Below are positions 44,076 to 53,341 of a stretch of DNA of 56,914 nt, piece after piece. The notes beneath the pieces were generated by a model. The model did not search any database, was not told where the DNA came from, and saw only the letters and a list, made by a program, of their open reading frames with translations. Position 1 is the stretch's first letter, and each line of letters begins with the position of its first letter. Made by a program: the position numbers and the translations under genes. This DNA comes from Pyrinomonadaceae bacterium (GTDB lineage: Bacteria; Acidobacteriota; Blastocatellia; Pyrinomonadales; Pyrinomonadaceae): assembly GCA_035536135.1 (NCBI GenBank), contig DATLOR010000012.1:1-56914 (forward strand), given 5' to 3'.

Positions 44076-46361
44076 TTATTTTTTATTTCCTTGTAAAAAT
44101 TTGATCGCCGCGTCGAGAATTTCGTCTTTACCTTCGACGATTCCCCGAATTGACGGTGCGACCTTAACGGTTGGCTGAATGCCGATTCTTTGTAACTGCC
44201 TGCCGTCGGCATGACGCACCGAATGCCCGGAAAAACTGACGCGGATATTGCCGGGCAGAACGAGATTCGTCACGTCGCCGTTGGCACCCGTTGTCGGCGT
44301 GCCGATAAAAGTAATGTCGGGACGCGCCGTTTCGAAAAACAGACAGGTGTGTTCGGATTGGCTGATCGCGTATTCGTCAATCAGCATCACGATTTTGCCC
44401 TTATACACATCGCCTTTTTCGCGCTTCGGAATCGGCTGCCCGAAGGTAAAATTCGCGCCGTTCGAGTAATCTTCGTTGCTGATGTTTTTCGCTTCGAGCA
44501 GCGGATTGTCAAAGAGCGCGGCGACAGGCGAGATTTTGTCGGTCAGGCGCGGCGCGATCGACCAAGCCGTGCCGTTCGGATAGCCGCGCATATCGAAAAT
44601 GACGGCGGGCGCGTCCTTGATCGTCTCGAACATTTTATCAACCTCGCCGTTCTGCAAACGGTCGAGATCAATATATCCGAAACCGCTCGGCAGAACCGTA
44701 AAAACGGATGTCGTACGGTTATCGGCGTCAAAAATTCGCCGATCGGTGCGGTCGAGGCTGCGCGGCAGTTCAACCGTCCGAACCGCGCCGTCTGCGCCGC
44801 GCACGGTGAGCTTTGCCGTCGAATCTTTCTGACCGCGGAGCAGATTGTAATGAACGCTTCGCATCAATGCCTGCTCGGTTGAAGCGGCAGAGTAACGGGC
44901 GAGAAAATCGCGGCGTTTTCCAGCCGTTTCGCCGTCAATCGTGAGCACGACATCGCCCGCTTTGACCGGCAATTTGTCGTCTAAAACTTTGACAATGACG
45001 GTTTGATTTTCGACAAAGCGCACGACGACGGGCGGCATAAAATTACCGATTACTTGCGTCGAAACGTTAGCGTTTTGTACGCCGCCGTGCGAATCGTGAA
45101 TTTCCGTGACCATTTCGCGCACGGTAAATTCATATTCCGCCGCCGTTTTGTCGGCTTCAAACTGCGGAATGTATTTCGGCAAAAGACTCGCCCAATCGAA
45201 ACCCGTCAAATTTTTATACGGGTAAAAATAATTGATGACGTTCCAGAATCGAAAAAGCGCGAGCAGGCGGTATTCCCTTGCCGGAAACTGCATTTCCGAA
45301 TAAGTCTTATCCTTCTGCGAAATCTGCGCGATATTCGCCGCAGAAATTTTCGGACGATTTGAAACAAATTTATTTTCCGCGACGATTTTCTGCGCCGTCT
45401 TTTCGGCTTCGCCCTTCGGCGCAACCGCGTCGGGTACGAAACCGACTGAGCCGTCGGGCTGAACGATTTCCATCGTCCGCATTTTTACCGTGACGTTGTC
45501 GGCGATTTTTATTTCGTTAGGTTCAACGCCCAAATCATCCGTTTCGGCAACGATCAACGCTTTGCCCGCCGCCTGCAAACCGCTGAAAACATCATTCATT
45601 GACGAATTTGAATCGACGATGATCACCATCGGCGGCGTTTTGATATTTTTCGCGTCATCGCTGCCGAAACTTTCCGGCGTGTCGGTAATCAGTCCCGAAT
45701 AATAACCGCCCGAAGTCATACCGTCCTGCGGCGCATAACCGTTATACATTCGGTAGCGAATCGTCGAAAGCGTGACCTTTTTGTCGAGCGACGCGGACAA
45801 AATCTGCCGGAGCTGCGCGCCGAACGAATACAACAGATAATCATCCGTTTCGCCTTCCGTCCGCGCATCGATCACCAACGATTTCGCCTGCTCGAAAAGC
45901 TTGAAAAAGTTTTGCTGAAAATCTCTCCCTGTTTGATTGCTCTGCGAACTTGCTTTCGCCGCTTCCAGCGCGTCGTAAAACAAGACGCCGTTTTCCAGCC
46001 GCAGAGGCGCTTTGCCCGTTTCTGCCGTCGTCTTTTTATCGCCGTTTGGCGCTATCGGCGTTTTCACGAACGCCCGTGTCTGCGTGTCGCCGAGCGCGGC
46101 GAGCATCACGTTGACCGCCGCCGCGTATTCTTCCGGAGATTTTGCCGCATTGACTTTCGGAATCGTCTCGACGAGAGCCTTGTCCCAGTCAATTTCGCGG
46201 TAAGCAGGAAAAGGATGAAAATATTTCACCGCGCCCCAGACCTTTGCCAGACTGCTCAAACGCTCAATGCGTTTTTCTTCGGTCTGCGCCTGAACGACGA
46301 CCGAAAAAGCCGTGAAAAGTAAAAGCATCAAAAAATATTTTTTCATCTTGAAAATCTCCAT
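44076..46361 (-). CDS. secreted S41-family (tail-specific/C-terminal processing type) peptidase with PDZ-like insert
   Basis: ORF track, 761 aa. Signal peptide (MKKYFLMLLLFTAFSVVVQA) present. Motifs: IVMLIDEYAISQSEH and FIGTPTTGANG. The stop lies 4 nt from the aminotransferase ATG. Confidence 0.78.
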   Translation of the reverse strand: MEIFKMKKYFLMLLLFTAFSVVVQAQTEEKRIERLSSLAKVWGAVKYFHPFPAYREIDWDKALVETIPKVNAAKSPEEYAAAVNVMLAALGDTQTRAFVKTPIAPNGDKKTTAETGKAPLRLENGVLFYDALEAAKASSQSNQTGRDFQQNFFKLFEQAKSLVIDARTEGETDDYLLYSFGAQLRQILSASLDKKVTLSTIRYRMYNGYAPQDGMTSGGYYSGLITDTPESFGSDDAKNIKTPPMVIIVDSNSSMNDVFSGLQAAGKALIVAETDDLGVEPNEIKIADNVTVKMRTMEIVQPDGSVGFVPDAVAPKGEAEKTAQKIVAENKFVSNRPKISAANIAQISQKDKTYSEMQFPAREYRLLALFRFWNVINYFYPYKNLTGFDWASLLPKYIPQFEADKTAAEYEFTVREMVTEIHDSHGGVQNANVSTQVIGNFMPPVVVRFVENQTVIVKVLDDKLPVKAGDVVLTIDGETAGKRRDFLARYSAASTEQALMRSVHYNLLRGQKDSTAKLTVRGADGAVRTVELPRSLDRTDRRIFDADNRTTSVFTVLPSGFGYIDLDRLQNGEVDKMFETIKDAPAVIFDMRGYPNGTAWSIAPRLTDKISPVAALFDNPLLEAKNISNEDYSNGANFTFGQPIPKREKGDVYKGKIVMLIDEYAISQSEHTCLFFETARPDITFIGTPTTGANGDVTNLVLPGNIRVSFSGHSVRHADGRQLQRIGIQPTVKVAPSIRGIVEGKDEILDAAIKFLQGNKK

Positions 46362-46366
46362 AGATT

Positions 46367-48100
46367 TTACGGCGCAACGTTTTTGACCGACGGATTCGGA
46401 CGCGCCCGGGTTGTCGTGTCAATGAAAAATAACCCGTCAAATTCCTTATTCAGCGTTTTCAGCGGATACGGAGTCGCTTCAAAGCTCGGCGTATAACCCG
46501 AACCGACCGAGCGGAACTGGCGCGGCGTGCTGAGCCATTCGGTGATTTCTGCCGTTTGACGCACAGCACGAAAATCTATGATAAAACTTTTCACGCCCGT
46601 TTGCGCTTCATACCATTCGATCGAATCAGGAATTGCCGGACCCACTGACCACGATTTTAACATGACTTTGCCTGCATCTTGCGGCTCTTGTTCACGTGCT
46701 TGAAACGCGCCCTGATTAAAGCTAAAACCGAGCGCGTAATAACTTTTGCCGTAAAGGCGGCGCAGGTGAGAGCCCAAAGGCTGATAACCGTCGGATTCAC
46801 CGGTTTGTATGTGACCGTTGTGCGCCCAGACGACAAAGCGCGTGTTCGCCGTTTCGCGGTTCACGATACGGCGCAGATTATCCGCCATATAAAGATCGCG
46901 CGTTGCCACGCCTTTTCTCCAATCAGTATAACTGTAGGAATCGAGATACTGCGCGATAACGCGCGCCAGCTCGAACATCCGTTCATATTCCGCCTGACTC
47001 GATTTTGCGACGAGATTCGCGCCGTTGAGGTCGAGAAAAACCAATAGTTCGTTGTATTTATTTTTCAAATCATTGAATTTCGCGGGCGCGTCCTTGTCTT
47101 TTTGTTCAAAAATCGCTTCCGCCGTCTCTTCTTCGCTGATTTTGAAAAGCGTTTCCGCATCCGCCGTGCGTTCCGGCGCGACGCGCTTTAAATATTCGAG
47201 CAGTTTCGTTTTGCCCGTCTTATTTATTTGAATATCAAAGCCGACAAATTTTACCTTTTTGTTTGCCGGAACGCTTTTATTATACTCGCGCATCCAGTCG
47301 ATCATCGCCCGCACTTCCTCGGTGTTCCAGGTCCAAAAACCCTGCGAATCGAGAGCCTTCGCGCCGTCGTCCGATCTGCCCATCACGTAATCATTGATGT
47401 TTTCGCACGCCGAATAGCTCGCTTCGATGGCAAACACGCGAAAACCCATTTCTTTGACCAAAAATTCGAGCATTCGATGTTTGAATCGAAAAAATTCGCG
47501 CGTACCGTGCGTCTGTTCGCCCAAACCGACAAAGCGCACGTCTCTGAAAACCTGTTTGAGCGGCTGCAAATCTGCAAAACCGTTTCCGGCTTCGACGGTT
47601 TTAATCGGAATCAGATCATTTTTCAGCCACGAAATAACGGCTTGCTGTTTGCGCTTAAGTTCGGCGAGCCGTTTGGCGTTCGCTTTCGGGGAAAGCAGTT
47701 CGTTGACGCGAATTTCGTAGCGTCCCGATTTGGCAGTTTTCGCCTGTCCAAACCGACTGACTTCGATGCGGTACACGCCCGCCGTTTTTGCTTCGAGCCG
47801 GATCGGTTCATCGCCCTGATCGCCGTTCGGCGAATCAATCTCGGCAACTTTCGAATTATCCGGCGCGAAAACCTGCACGACGACATCGATTCCGCGCTGA
47901 TTGACCGCCGCATCCAGAAATTCGCCGTTTTTGAGCGTGATTTGGTAAACGTGTGTTTCACCTGCCTGCATTTCGCGCTCAACCGGCTTCCCGGGTTCCG
48001 GCATATTGTAAGTTTGTGCGAAAACGCTAATCCACAAAGCGAAAATCATTACAAATAATCGTAAAATATACATTATATTTTTAAGGCTTATCTGTTTCAT
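46367..48100 (-). CDS. secreted erythromycin-esterase (Ere/ChaN-like) family protein with N-terminal PPC-like domain
   Basis: ORF track, 577 aa. Family signature: VGLGEQTHGTREFFRFKHRMLEFLVKEMGFRVFAIEASY. Confidence 0.8.
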   Translation of the reverse strand: MKQISLKNIMYILRLFVMIFALWISVFAQTYNMPEPGKPVEREMQAGETHVYQITLKNGEFLDAAVNQRGIDVVVQVFAPDNSKVAEIDSPNGDQGDEPIRLEAKTAGVYRIEVSRFGQAKTAKSGRYEIRVNELLSPKANAKRLAELKRKQQAVISWLKNDLIPIKTVEAGNGFADLQPLKQVFRDVRFVGLGEQTHGTREFFRFKHRMLEFLVKEMGFRVFAIEASYSACENINDYVMGRSDDGAKALDSQGFWTWNTEEVRAMIDWMREYNKSVPANKKVKFVGFDIQINKTGKTKLLEYLKRVAPERTADAETLFKISEEETAEAIFEQKDKDAPAKFNDLKNKYNELLVFLDLNGANLVAKSSQAEYERMFELARVIAQYLDSYSYTDWRKGVATRDLYMADNLRRIVNRETANTRFVVWAHNGHIQTGESDGYQPLGSHLRRLYGKSYYALGFSFNQGAFQAREQEPQDAGKVMLKSWSVGPAIPDSIEWYEAQTGVKSFIIDFRAVRQTAEITEWLSTPRQFRSVGSGYTPSFEATPYPLKTLNKEFDGLFFIDTTTRARPNPSVKNVAP

Positions 48101-48103
48101 TTT

Positions 48104-48166
48104 GAAATTCCTCGTGCTTGCGAACGGCTTTTCAAACCGTTGTTTTTTGTTCTGCTGGATTCAAAT
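48104..48166 (-). pseudogene. relic of the aminotransferase 5' end (first about 20 codons; ATG to TTG, premature TGA)
   Basis: 48104..48163 matches 44011..44070 at 51/60 nt with no gaps. The relic reads TTG AAT CCA GCA GAA CAA AAA ACA ACG GTT TGA, against the real MNPTEQKTTVS. Confidence 0.85.
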
Positions 48167-48189
48167 ATTTAATTCTCTATTTTAGCTGT

Positions 48190-48549
48190 TGAAATAAAAA
48201 AGAAAACCGGTCGGCGAACTCTTCGTCGAGCTGTTCCCGGGTCGTCCCGCTGCCCGTGCCCCGTATCAATAATCGACACGCAGCCAAACCTGCTTGCCGC
48301 TTGCGGAAGCCGCCGGCAAACGCCCCGTCGCTTCTAAATCTTCCATTCAACGATCCGGATCAACGATTTTCACGCCGAAATATTCATTCGTGACGCTATC
48401 AATCCGCGCTTTCGCCGGCGTGTTTTGGGCAAGATCCGCCGAATAAAAAAAGTAAGCGGCAATAGGCAGACGACAATCAACGAAAAGCTATGCGCTCGAT
48501 GTTTGCGCAGAGCTTTCGAGATCTTTATTTTTTGCGCTGCCGAATACAT
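48190..48549 (-). pseudogene. decayed N-terminal fragment of an S9 prolyl-oligopeptidase-like gene
   Basis: Good RBS (GGAGACC-ATG at 48549). Translation is MYSAAQKIKISKALRKHRAHSFSLIVVCLLPL...ARIDSVTNEYFGVKIVDPDR*MEDLEA. The family N-terminal motif G.K..DPYRWLED is present but its Trp codon is TGA. The frame is lost afterwards, and the ORF track has no ORF of 60 aa or more here. Confidence 0.45.
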
Positions 48550-48822
48550 GGTCTCCTTACAAACTGCTTAAATAAATTCGCCTGAAACGGCTTGCCGGAA
48601 CGAAAATTTAAGATATCTCATTAGGTGCGCTAAAATATACGAAAATTGCTCCAAAAAATCAACAAAACCGTTGAAAAAGCACTTTAACCTGGCATTAAAA
48701 ATATGATAGTTTGTCTGCGGTTAAAATTGCCGCACATAAACTATCACTTTTTAAGTTGCGCATTACGCCTTTTTTTTGATATAAAATCTATTCGTCTTGT
48801 GAAAGACGCGATTGACATCTAA

Positions 48823-48898
48823 GCCATCCTAGCTCAGCTGATAGAGCATTCGATTCGTAATCGAAAGGTCGTGGGTTTGAATCCCATGGATGGCTCCA
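48823..48898 (+). tRNA. tRNA-Thr: tRNA-Thr (anticodon CGT), CCA encoded
   Basis: Cloverleaf read by eye. Acceptor GCCATCC/GGATGGC, D arm GCTC-AGCTGATA-GAGC, anticodon arm TTCGA-TTCGTAA-TCGAA, variable loop AGGTC, T arm GTGGG-TTTGAAT-CCCAT, discriminator T, then CCA. Confidence 0.9.
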
Positions 48899-48924
48899 TT
48901 ATTTTCAATAAACTAGCTAAAAAG

Positions 48925-48956
48925 AAGAGCATCAATTTCGATGCTCTTTTTGTTTT
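48925..48956 (+). terminator. rho-independent terminator after tRNA-Thr
   Basis: AAGAGCATC-aatttc-GATGCTCTT followed by TTTGTTTT. Confidence 0.8.
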
Positions 48957-49339
48957 GGTGTTTCAGTGGAGTGCCAAATTTCAGCTCTTCTTTTTGGCTC
49001 TAATCTTTGTATAAAGCAAGGATTCCAACCTAGACTATGTTTCAGTCATTGCTGGAGAAAAGAAGATATTTTGCGGCAGGAAAATACTCCCTCGCAATCT
49101 TAACAAAACAATTCCGCAAAAGGTTTCGGTTTCAGCACAAATGATAGGCCGAATGCTGATTCGTAAAAATCTGGAAATGATAAAAATGCACGTGCACGGC
49201 ATTTTGCCGGCGGCAAAGAGTTATGTAATATGTAGCTCTTCAGTCAAATCAGTTTCTGCAATACCGCCGGAAAAACTGATGTTGAGATTGCGAGTGCCTC
49301 CCCAAATGTGACCAAAATGTGTCAAAATATTCAGTATAA

Positions 49340-49373
49340 ATAAAACAACTACGCTTCGGCGTAGTTGTTTTAT
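49340..49373. terminator. orphan perfect hairpin (15-bp stem, TTCG loop) with T-runs on both strands
   Basis: ATAAAACAACTACGC-TTCG-GCGTAGTTGTTTTAT. No ORF of 60 aa or more lies on either side within 48957..49470. Confidence 0.6.
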
Positions 49374-49470
49374 TCTGCTAAGTTGTCAGGCGCGCAGCCG
49401 GCTTTGATAAATTGGTAGATAGCGTTTAATCTGTGACATAGAAAAATATTCTGAGACAAAAAGGCAAAAG

Positions 49471-50952
49471 ATGACTTTATCCAAACGTTGGTTTTATATT
49501 CTTTCTTCCATCATAGCTATTATTCTAATACTCCCTTTGCTCGCTCATGCCTACATAGGATTTTTTTCCAGATATTGGTGGGACGATTTCTGTACCTCCG
49601 GATTCTTGCATCAAAAAGGATTTTGGGGATCCCAACTGTACTGGTACACAAGTTGGTCAGGAAGATTTTCTTTTCACATTATTGTTAATATTTCCGAGAT
49701 GCTCGGAACCTGGACTGTAAAGTATTTGCCCTCTTTAGCCCTAATAAGCTGGGGAGCCGTAACCACCTGGACGATCTATCAAATATTTAAAATTAACAGT
49801 CTCAGATTTCCTCTAATCAGCTCATTTTTACTGACGCTGCTCATCATATTTTCAACACTTAACAGCACTCCCGACATTGTTCAATCATTATATTGGCAAG
49901 CAGGTATGCTTTCATACCTGGCTCCCCTCATTATCCTGTCAACCTGGATCGGAGTTTTGGTTTATGCGTTAAGAAAAGAATCATCGGGGCGAAGTCACAA
50001 ATTATTAATACTAGTAGTTTTTGTTCTCACTTTTATTAGTGCCGGCTTATCGGAACCCTACGCTTTCCTGCAATTTGGCGTTTTAGGAGTTTTAATCCTC
50101 ATTAATTTGGTTTACTTTTCCCCTCAATTTAAAAGAATTGCCTTACCCATGATTCTAGCCGGATTTTTAGGTGGAGGAATCGCGTTTTTAATTGTTTTTG
50201 CGGCACCCGGTAATAAGGGAAGACAAGCTACGCTGCCTCCGCCGGCTTCCCCGGTTTCAGCGATAAAATCATCGTTTTCCTATACATTAAACTTCGCTGA
50301 AAGACATTCCCGACGCTCACGGTCAGCGGCACTATTATGCTTGATTTTTCCGGCTTGGATAGCCTTGATGCTTTATTATACTAATGATGACAAACACAAT
50401 GCTTCACCTGAATCCAATATAAATATAAAAACCGCCCTAAAAATAGCCGGGTTATGTATTGTTTTCGGGTTCCTTTTGATGTTTATCTGTTTTGTGCCGG
50501 CTTTTTATGCTTTGTCCGATTCGCTGCCGTTGCGGGCACAGATCATTCCGAAATTCGTCCTGGTTAGTTTTATGGTGTTCGTTGGGTGGATCTTTACACA
50601 GGCATTAATAAATACTTTTGCCGATAACCGGAAATTTAAATCATTAAGCTTAATTGCAACATCGATAATCGTCGCAGTATTACTGGTACTTTCACCGATC
50701 ATTGCTGCTAAAAACACTTTCGCCCTGGGAAATAAAGCGAAGGATTATGCTGTTAGATGGGATGCCATTAACCAGCAGCTGGCGGAAGCGAAAAACAACG
50801 GGTTAAGCGATGCCGTCATCCCAAAAGTAACCGCCGATGAATTTGATCTGGGATATGGACGTCCTGATTTGCAGCCCGCTGAGAAACCGCACGAGGGTCC
50901 CAATTATTGTATAGAAATATACTATGGTTTGGATTCAGTCAGAACGGAATAA
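49471..50952 (+). CDS. polytopic integral membrane protein (GT-C glycosyltransferase-like topology; function unknown)
   Basis: ORF track, 493 aa with about 11-12 hydrophobic helices. There is an early aromatic-rich loop (YWWDDFCTSGF...YWYTSWSGRF) and a soluble C-terminal tail. AT-rich. Confidence 0.8.
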   Translation: MTLSKRWFYILSSIIAIILILPLLAHAYIGFFSRYWWDDFCTSGFLHQKGFWGSQLYWYTSWSGRFSFHIIVNISEMLGTWTVKYLPSLALISWGAVTTWTIYQIFKINSLRFPLISSFLLTLLIIFSTLNSTPDIVQSLYWQAGMLSYLAPLIILSTWIGVLVYALRKESSGRSHKLLILVVFVLTFISAGLSEPYAFLQFGVLGVLILINLVYFSPQFKRIALPMILAGFLGGGIAFLIVFAAPGNKGRQATLPPPASPVSAIKSSFSYTLNFAERHSRRSRSAALLCLIFPAWIALMLYYTNDDKHNASPESNINIKTALKIAGLCIVFGFLLMFICFVPAFYALSDSLPLRAQIIPKFVLVSFMVFVGWIFTQALINTFADNRKFKSLSLIATSIIVAVLLVLSPIIAAKNTFALGNKAKDYAVRWDAINQQLAEAKNNGLSDAVIPKVTADEFDLGYGRPDLQPAEKPHEGPNYCIEIYYGLDSVRTE

Positions 50953-51188
50953 AATTTAAAGTTACAAAGATCTTGTAATCCGAATTTGTTTCTTCTCTCA
51001 AAATTACAAAAACTGTTTTCTATATTCCATAGAATTTCCAGTGCTAAAATGCTGCAGAAATTTGCAAAAAATATGAATTGCCTTAATTGAGCGATATACC
51101 GCACCCCGCAATTAAAAAAGGTGTAACATTTTCTCGGCTTTTTTCATACAAAAATAGAATCAATCACAGGTTTGTAGGGAGATAAACT

Positions 51189-53315
51189 ATGCAGGGAATA
51201 ATGGAGTTATGTACGGCAGAATACACGGCAAATCAGGTTGGCAAGACTGTTTACGTCATTGCCTACGGGAAACACCCGCACAATCGCTACGAGGTCGAAT
51301 TGGAAAACACGCCGAGCCCGGTTTTTGTTCCGCGTTTTCAATTAACACACAAATTACTGACCGGAAAGCTCATTGAGTTAGAAACGAAATTTGCCGTTTT
51401 TAAAAGTTTTTCTTCAGATCAGCAGATCGGGATGGTGACGGTTTCTGATGCCGATGGAGAACATCAAATTGGCGTCGAACAAACACCTGATTTTCAGATC
51501 GAAGCCGAAATAAAAAAACTGCTTAAAAAAGAAATTAGGTATGACAAGTTATCTGCTAATCTGGCATCTATTGCTCATGATTATGAGAAGGGCGGATTGA
51601 CTACCGTCAAAGCATCGTTGGTGCCGGTAACTCCGCTTTCGATACCCTCGGTTGGCGGAACGCCTGAAGCCATCATTTTTATACGCTGCAAGGAAGACGC
51701 CGAGATCAACTTGAACGGGGTCCAGGTAAATTCTCCGCAGGGTGAAATCCGAACCGCCAAAATATCGCTCGATGCGTTGGAAACCTTAAGTCAGGATGAG
51801 AACATTTTTCAGCTTGATGCAGCAGTTAAATATTCATTCTTAAATGATATCGCGGCGGAAAAAACCCAGTTGAAAAATTTTCGCCTGCAACATCCGGACT
51901 TAAACGGTGAGGGCGTGATTATTGGAGTTATTGACAGCGGAATCGACAGTCTTCACCCGAGTTTTGCAGGTCGCATATTGAGTATCTGGGATCAGGAGAT
52001 TCAGGGACTGGGTTGGCAGGACGAAAACTCCCCTGACAAGCGTTGGGGGAAAAAATCCTATGGTCAGGTTTTAACGGGAGAATTTCTTAAGGTCAGCATT
52101 GATAAAGTGGGGCACGGAACCCATGTGGCGGCGATTGCCGCCGGCGATGATGAAGAATTCCAAGGAGTGGCGCCGGGCGCCGATTTGATAATTGTTAAAA
52201 CCAGTCTTAATCAGGCGCATATTGCCGATGGAATCGAGTATATATTTTCCGAAGCCGACAGATTAGGCAGACCCGCCGTTGTCAATTTAAGTATCGGAAG
52301 TCATCTGAACGCCCATGACGGAACTGATTTTTTATCAGCAAGAATCAAGGATATCTATAAACGAGTTACTGACGGAAAAATTATCGTCGCGGCTGCCGGT
52401 AACGAGGGAAACAATAACATTCGCGGGGCAATTGTAATCCCGCCCAAACAAACCGTCGAACTCGAGTTTGCGATCTTGCAAAATTCGGCGGGTTTTGTTC
52501 CGCCGTGGGCTTTATTCAGCGGCTGGTATCAGGGTAATACGACCTGTGAGATCAGTGTGCGTCCGCCAAAGGGAATCGCCACTCCGTATAAAGGAGTCAG
52601 CGATACCGAAAGCCCGACACAAGTGTCGATTGTCGGGAATGTAATTATTACCATAACAACGCCGTCAGTTTCGGCATCTCCCAACGGGGATCGTGAAATT
52701 CAAATAAAATTAGAATCTGTAAGTAAGGAATTGCCAAAGGGGAAATGGGAGATCATAATTCGCAATACTGGGGAGAATGAAGCATCACTTGACATATGGT
52801 CAATGGTCGACGAAAGATTCAAAGACGCCGAATTTTTCCCGGCTTTTAAACGCGATGATATGAAAATTGGCTCGCCCGGCTGCACCGGCGAGGTAATCAC
52901 AGTTGCTGCCTATACCACGAGAAACCGTTGGATTGATGCGAAGAATAATGACCGACCCAAAAATCCTTTTAATGTCGATACTATCTGGGAAGGCAGCAGC
53001 CCCGGACCGTTGCGCAACGGCTCCCTAAAGCCTGATATTGCTGCGCCCGGAGTAATGATTATTTCGGCTTTGTCAAGTCTTTCAACTCCTTCGGAAGACA
53101 CTCTGATTAATCAAAAATTTGTAGTCAAAGCGGGAACAAGTATGGCTTGTCCGTTCATTGCCGGATTATGTGCGCTGTTGTTACAGCGCGACCAAACATT
53201 GACTGCGGATGCAATCAAGACGATTCTCCGAAAAAATGGTCAAATTCCTGAAAAAGATCCGGAAACTCACGATATTAAATGGGGATACGGGTTGGTTGAT
53301 GTTGCGAAATTATAA
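51189..53315 (+). CDS. S8 subtilisin-like serine peptidase, no signal peptide, with about 240-aa N-terminal extension
   Basis: ORF track, 708 aa. Catalytic triad motifs: VIIGVIDSGID (Asp), HGTHVAAIAAG (His), GTSMACPFIAGLCALL (Ser). The N-terminus MQGIMELCTAEYT has no hydrophobic h-region. Residues about 160-220 look like an I9-type propeptide. Confidence 0.88.
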   Translation: MQGIMELCTAEYTANQVGKTVYVIAYGKHPHNRYEVELENTPSPVFVPRFQLTHKLLTGKLIELETKFAVFKSFSSDQQIGMVTVSDADGEHQIGVEQTPDFQIEAEIKKLLKKEIRYDKLSANLASIAHDYEKGGLTTVKASLVPVTPLSIPSVGGTPEAIIFIRCKEDAEINLNGVQVNSPQGEIRTAKISLDALETLSQDENIFQLDAAVKYSFLNDIAAEKTQLKNFRLQHPDLNGEGVIIGVIDSGIDSLHPSFAGRILSIWDQEIQGLGWQDENSPDKRWGKKSYGQVLTGEFLKVSIDKVGHGTHVAAIAAGDDEEFQGVAPGADLIIVKTSLNQAHIADGIEYIFSEADRLGRPAVVNLSIGSHLNAHDGTDFLSARIKDIYKRVTDGKIIVAAAGNEGNNNIRGAIVIPPKQTVELEFAILQNSAGFVPPWALFSGWYQGNTTCEISVRPPKGIATPYKGVSDTESPTQVSIVGNVIITITTPSVSASPNGDREIQIKLESVSKELPKGKWEIIIRNTGENEASLDIWSMVDERFKDAEFFPAFKRDDMKIGSPGCTGEVITVAAYTTRNRWIDAKNNDRPKNPFNVDTIWEGSSPGPLRNGSLKPDIAAPGVMIISALSSLSTPSEDTLINQKFVVKAGTSMACPFIAGLCALLLQRDQTLTADAIKTILRKNGQIPEKDPETHDIKWGYGLVDVAKL

Positions 53316-53341
53316 GGCAAAGCCGGGTAGAGTAAACATTT

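Noticed and set aside
49141-49311. 56-codon ORF (MIGRMLIRKNLEMIKMHVHG...) upstream of the orphan hairpin
   Set aside because: There is no RBS, the composition is odd, and it falls below any length or motif support. It is mentioned only as a possible product of the candidate small transcript.
48899-49470. Integrase remnant or att direct repeat next to tRNA-Thr
   Set aside because: My three-frame reading of both strands gave no tyrosine-recombinase-like motifs. No copy of the tRNA 3' half was found anywhere downstream in the window. Island status therefore rests on composition and context only.
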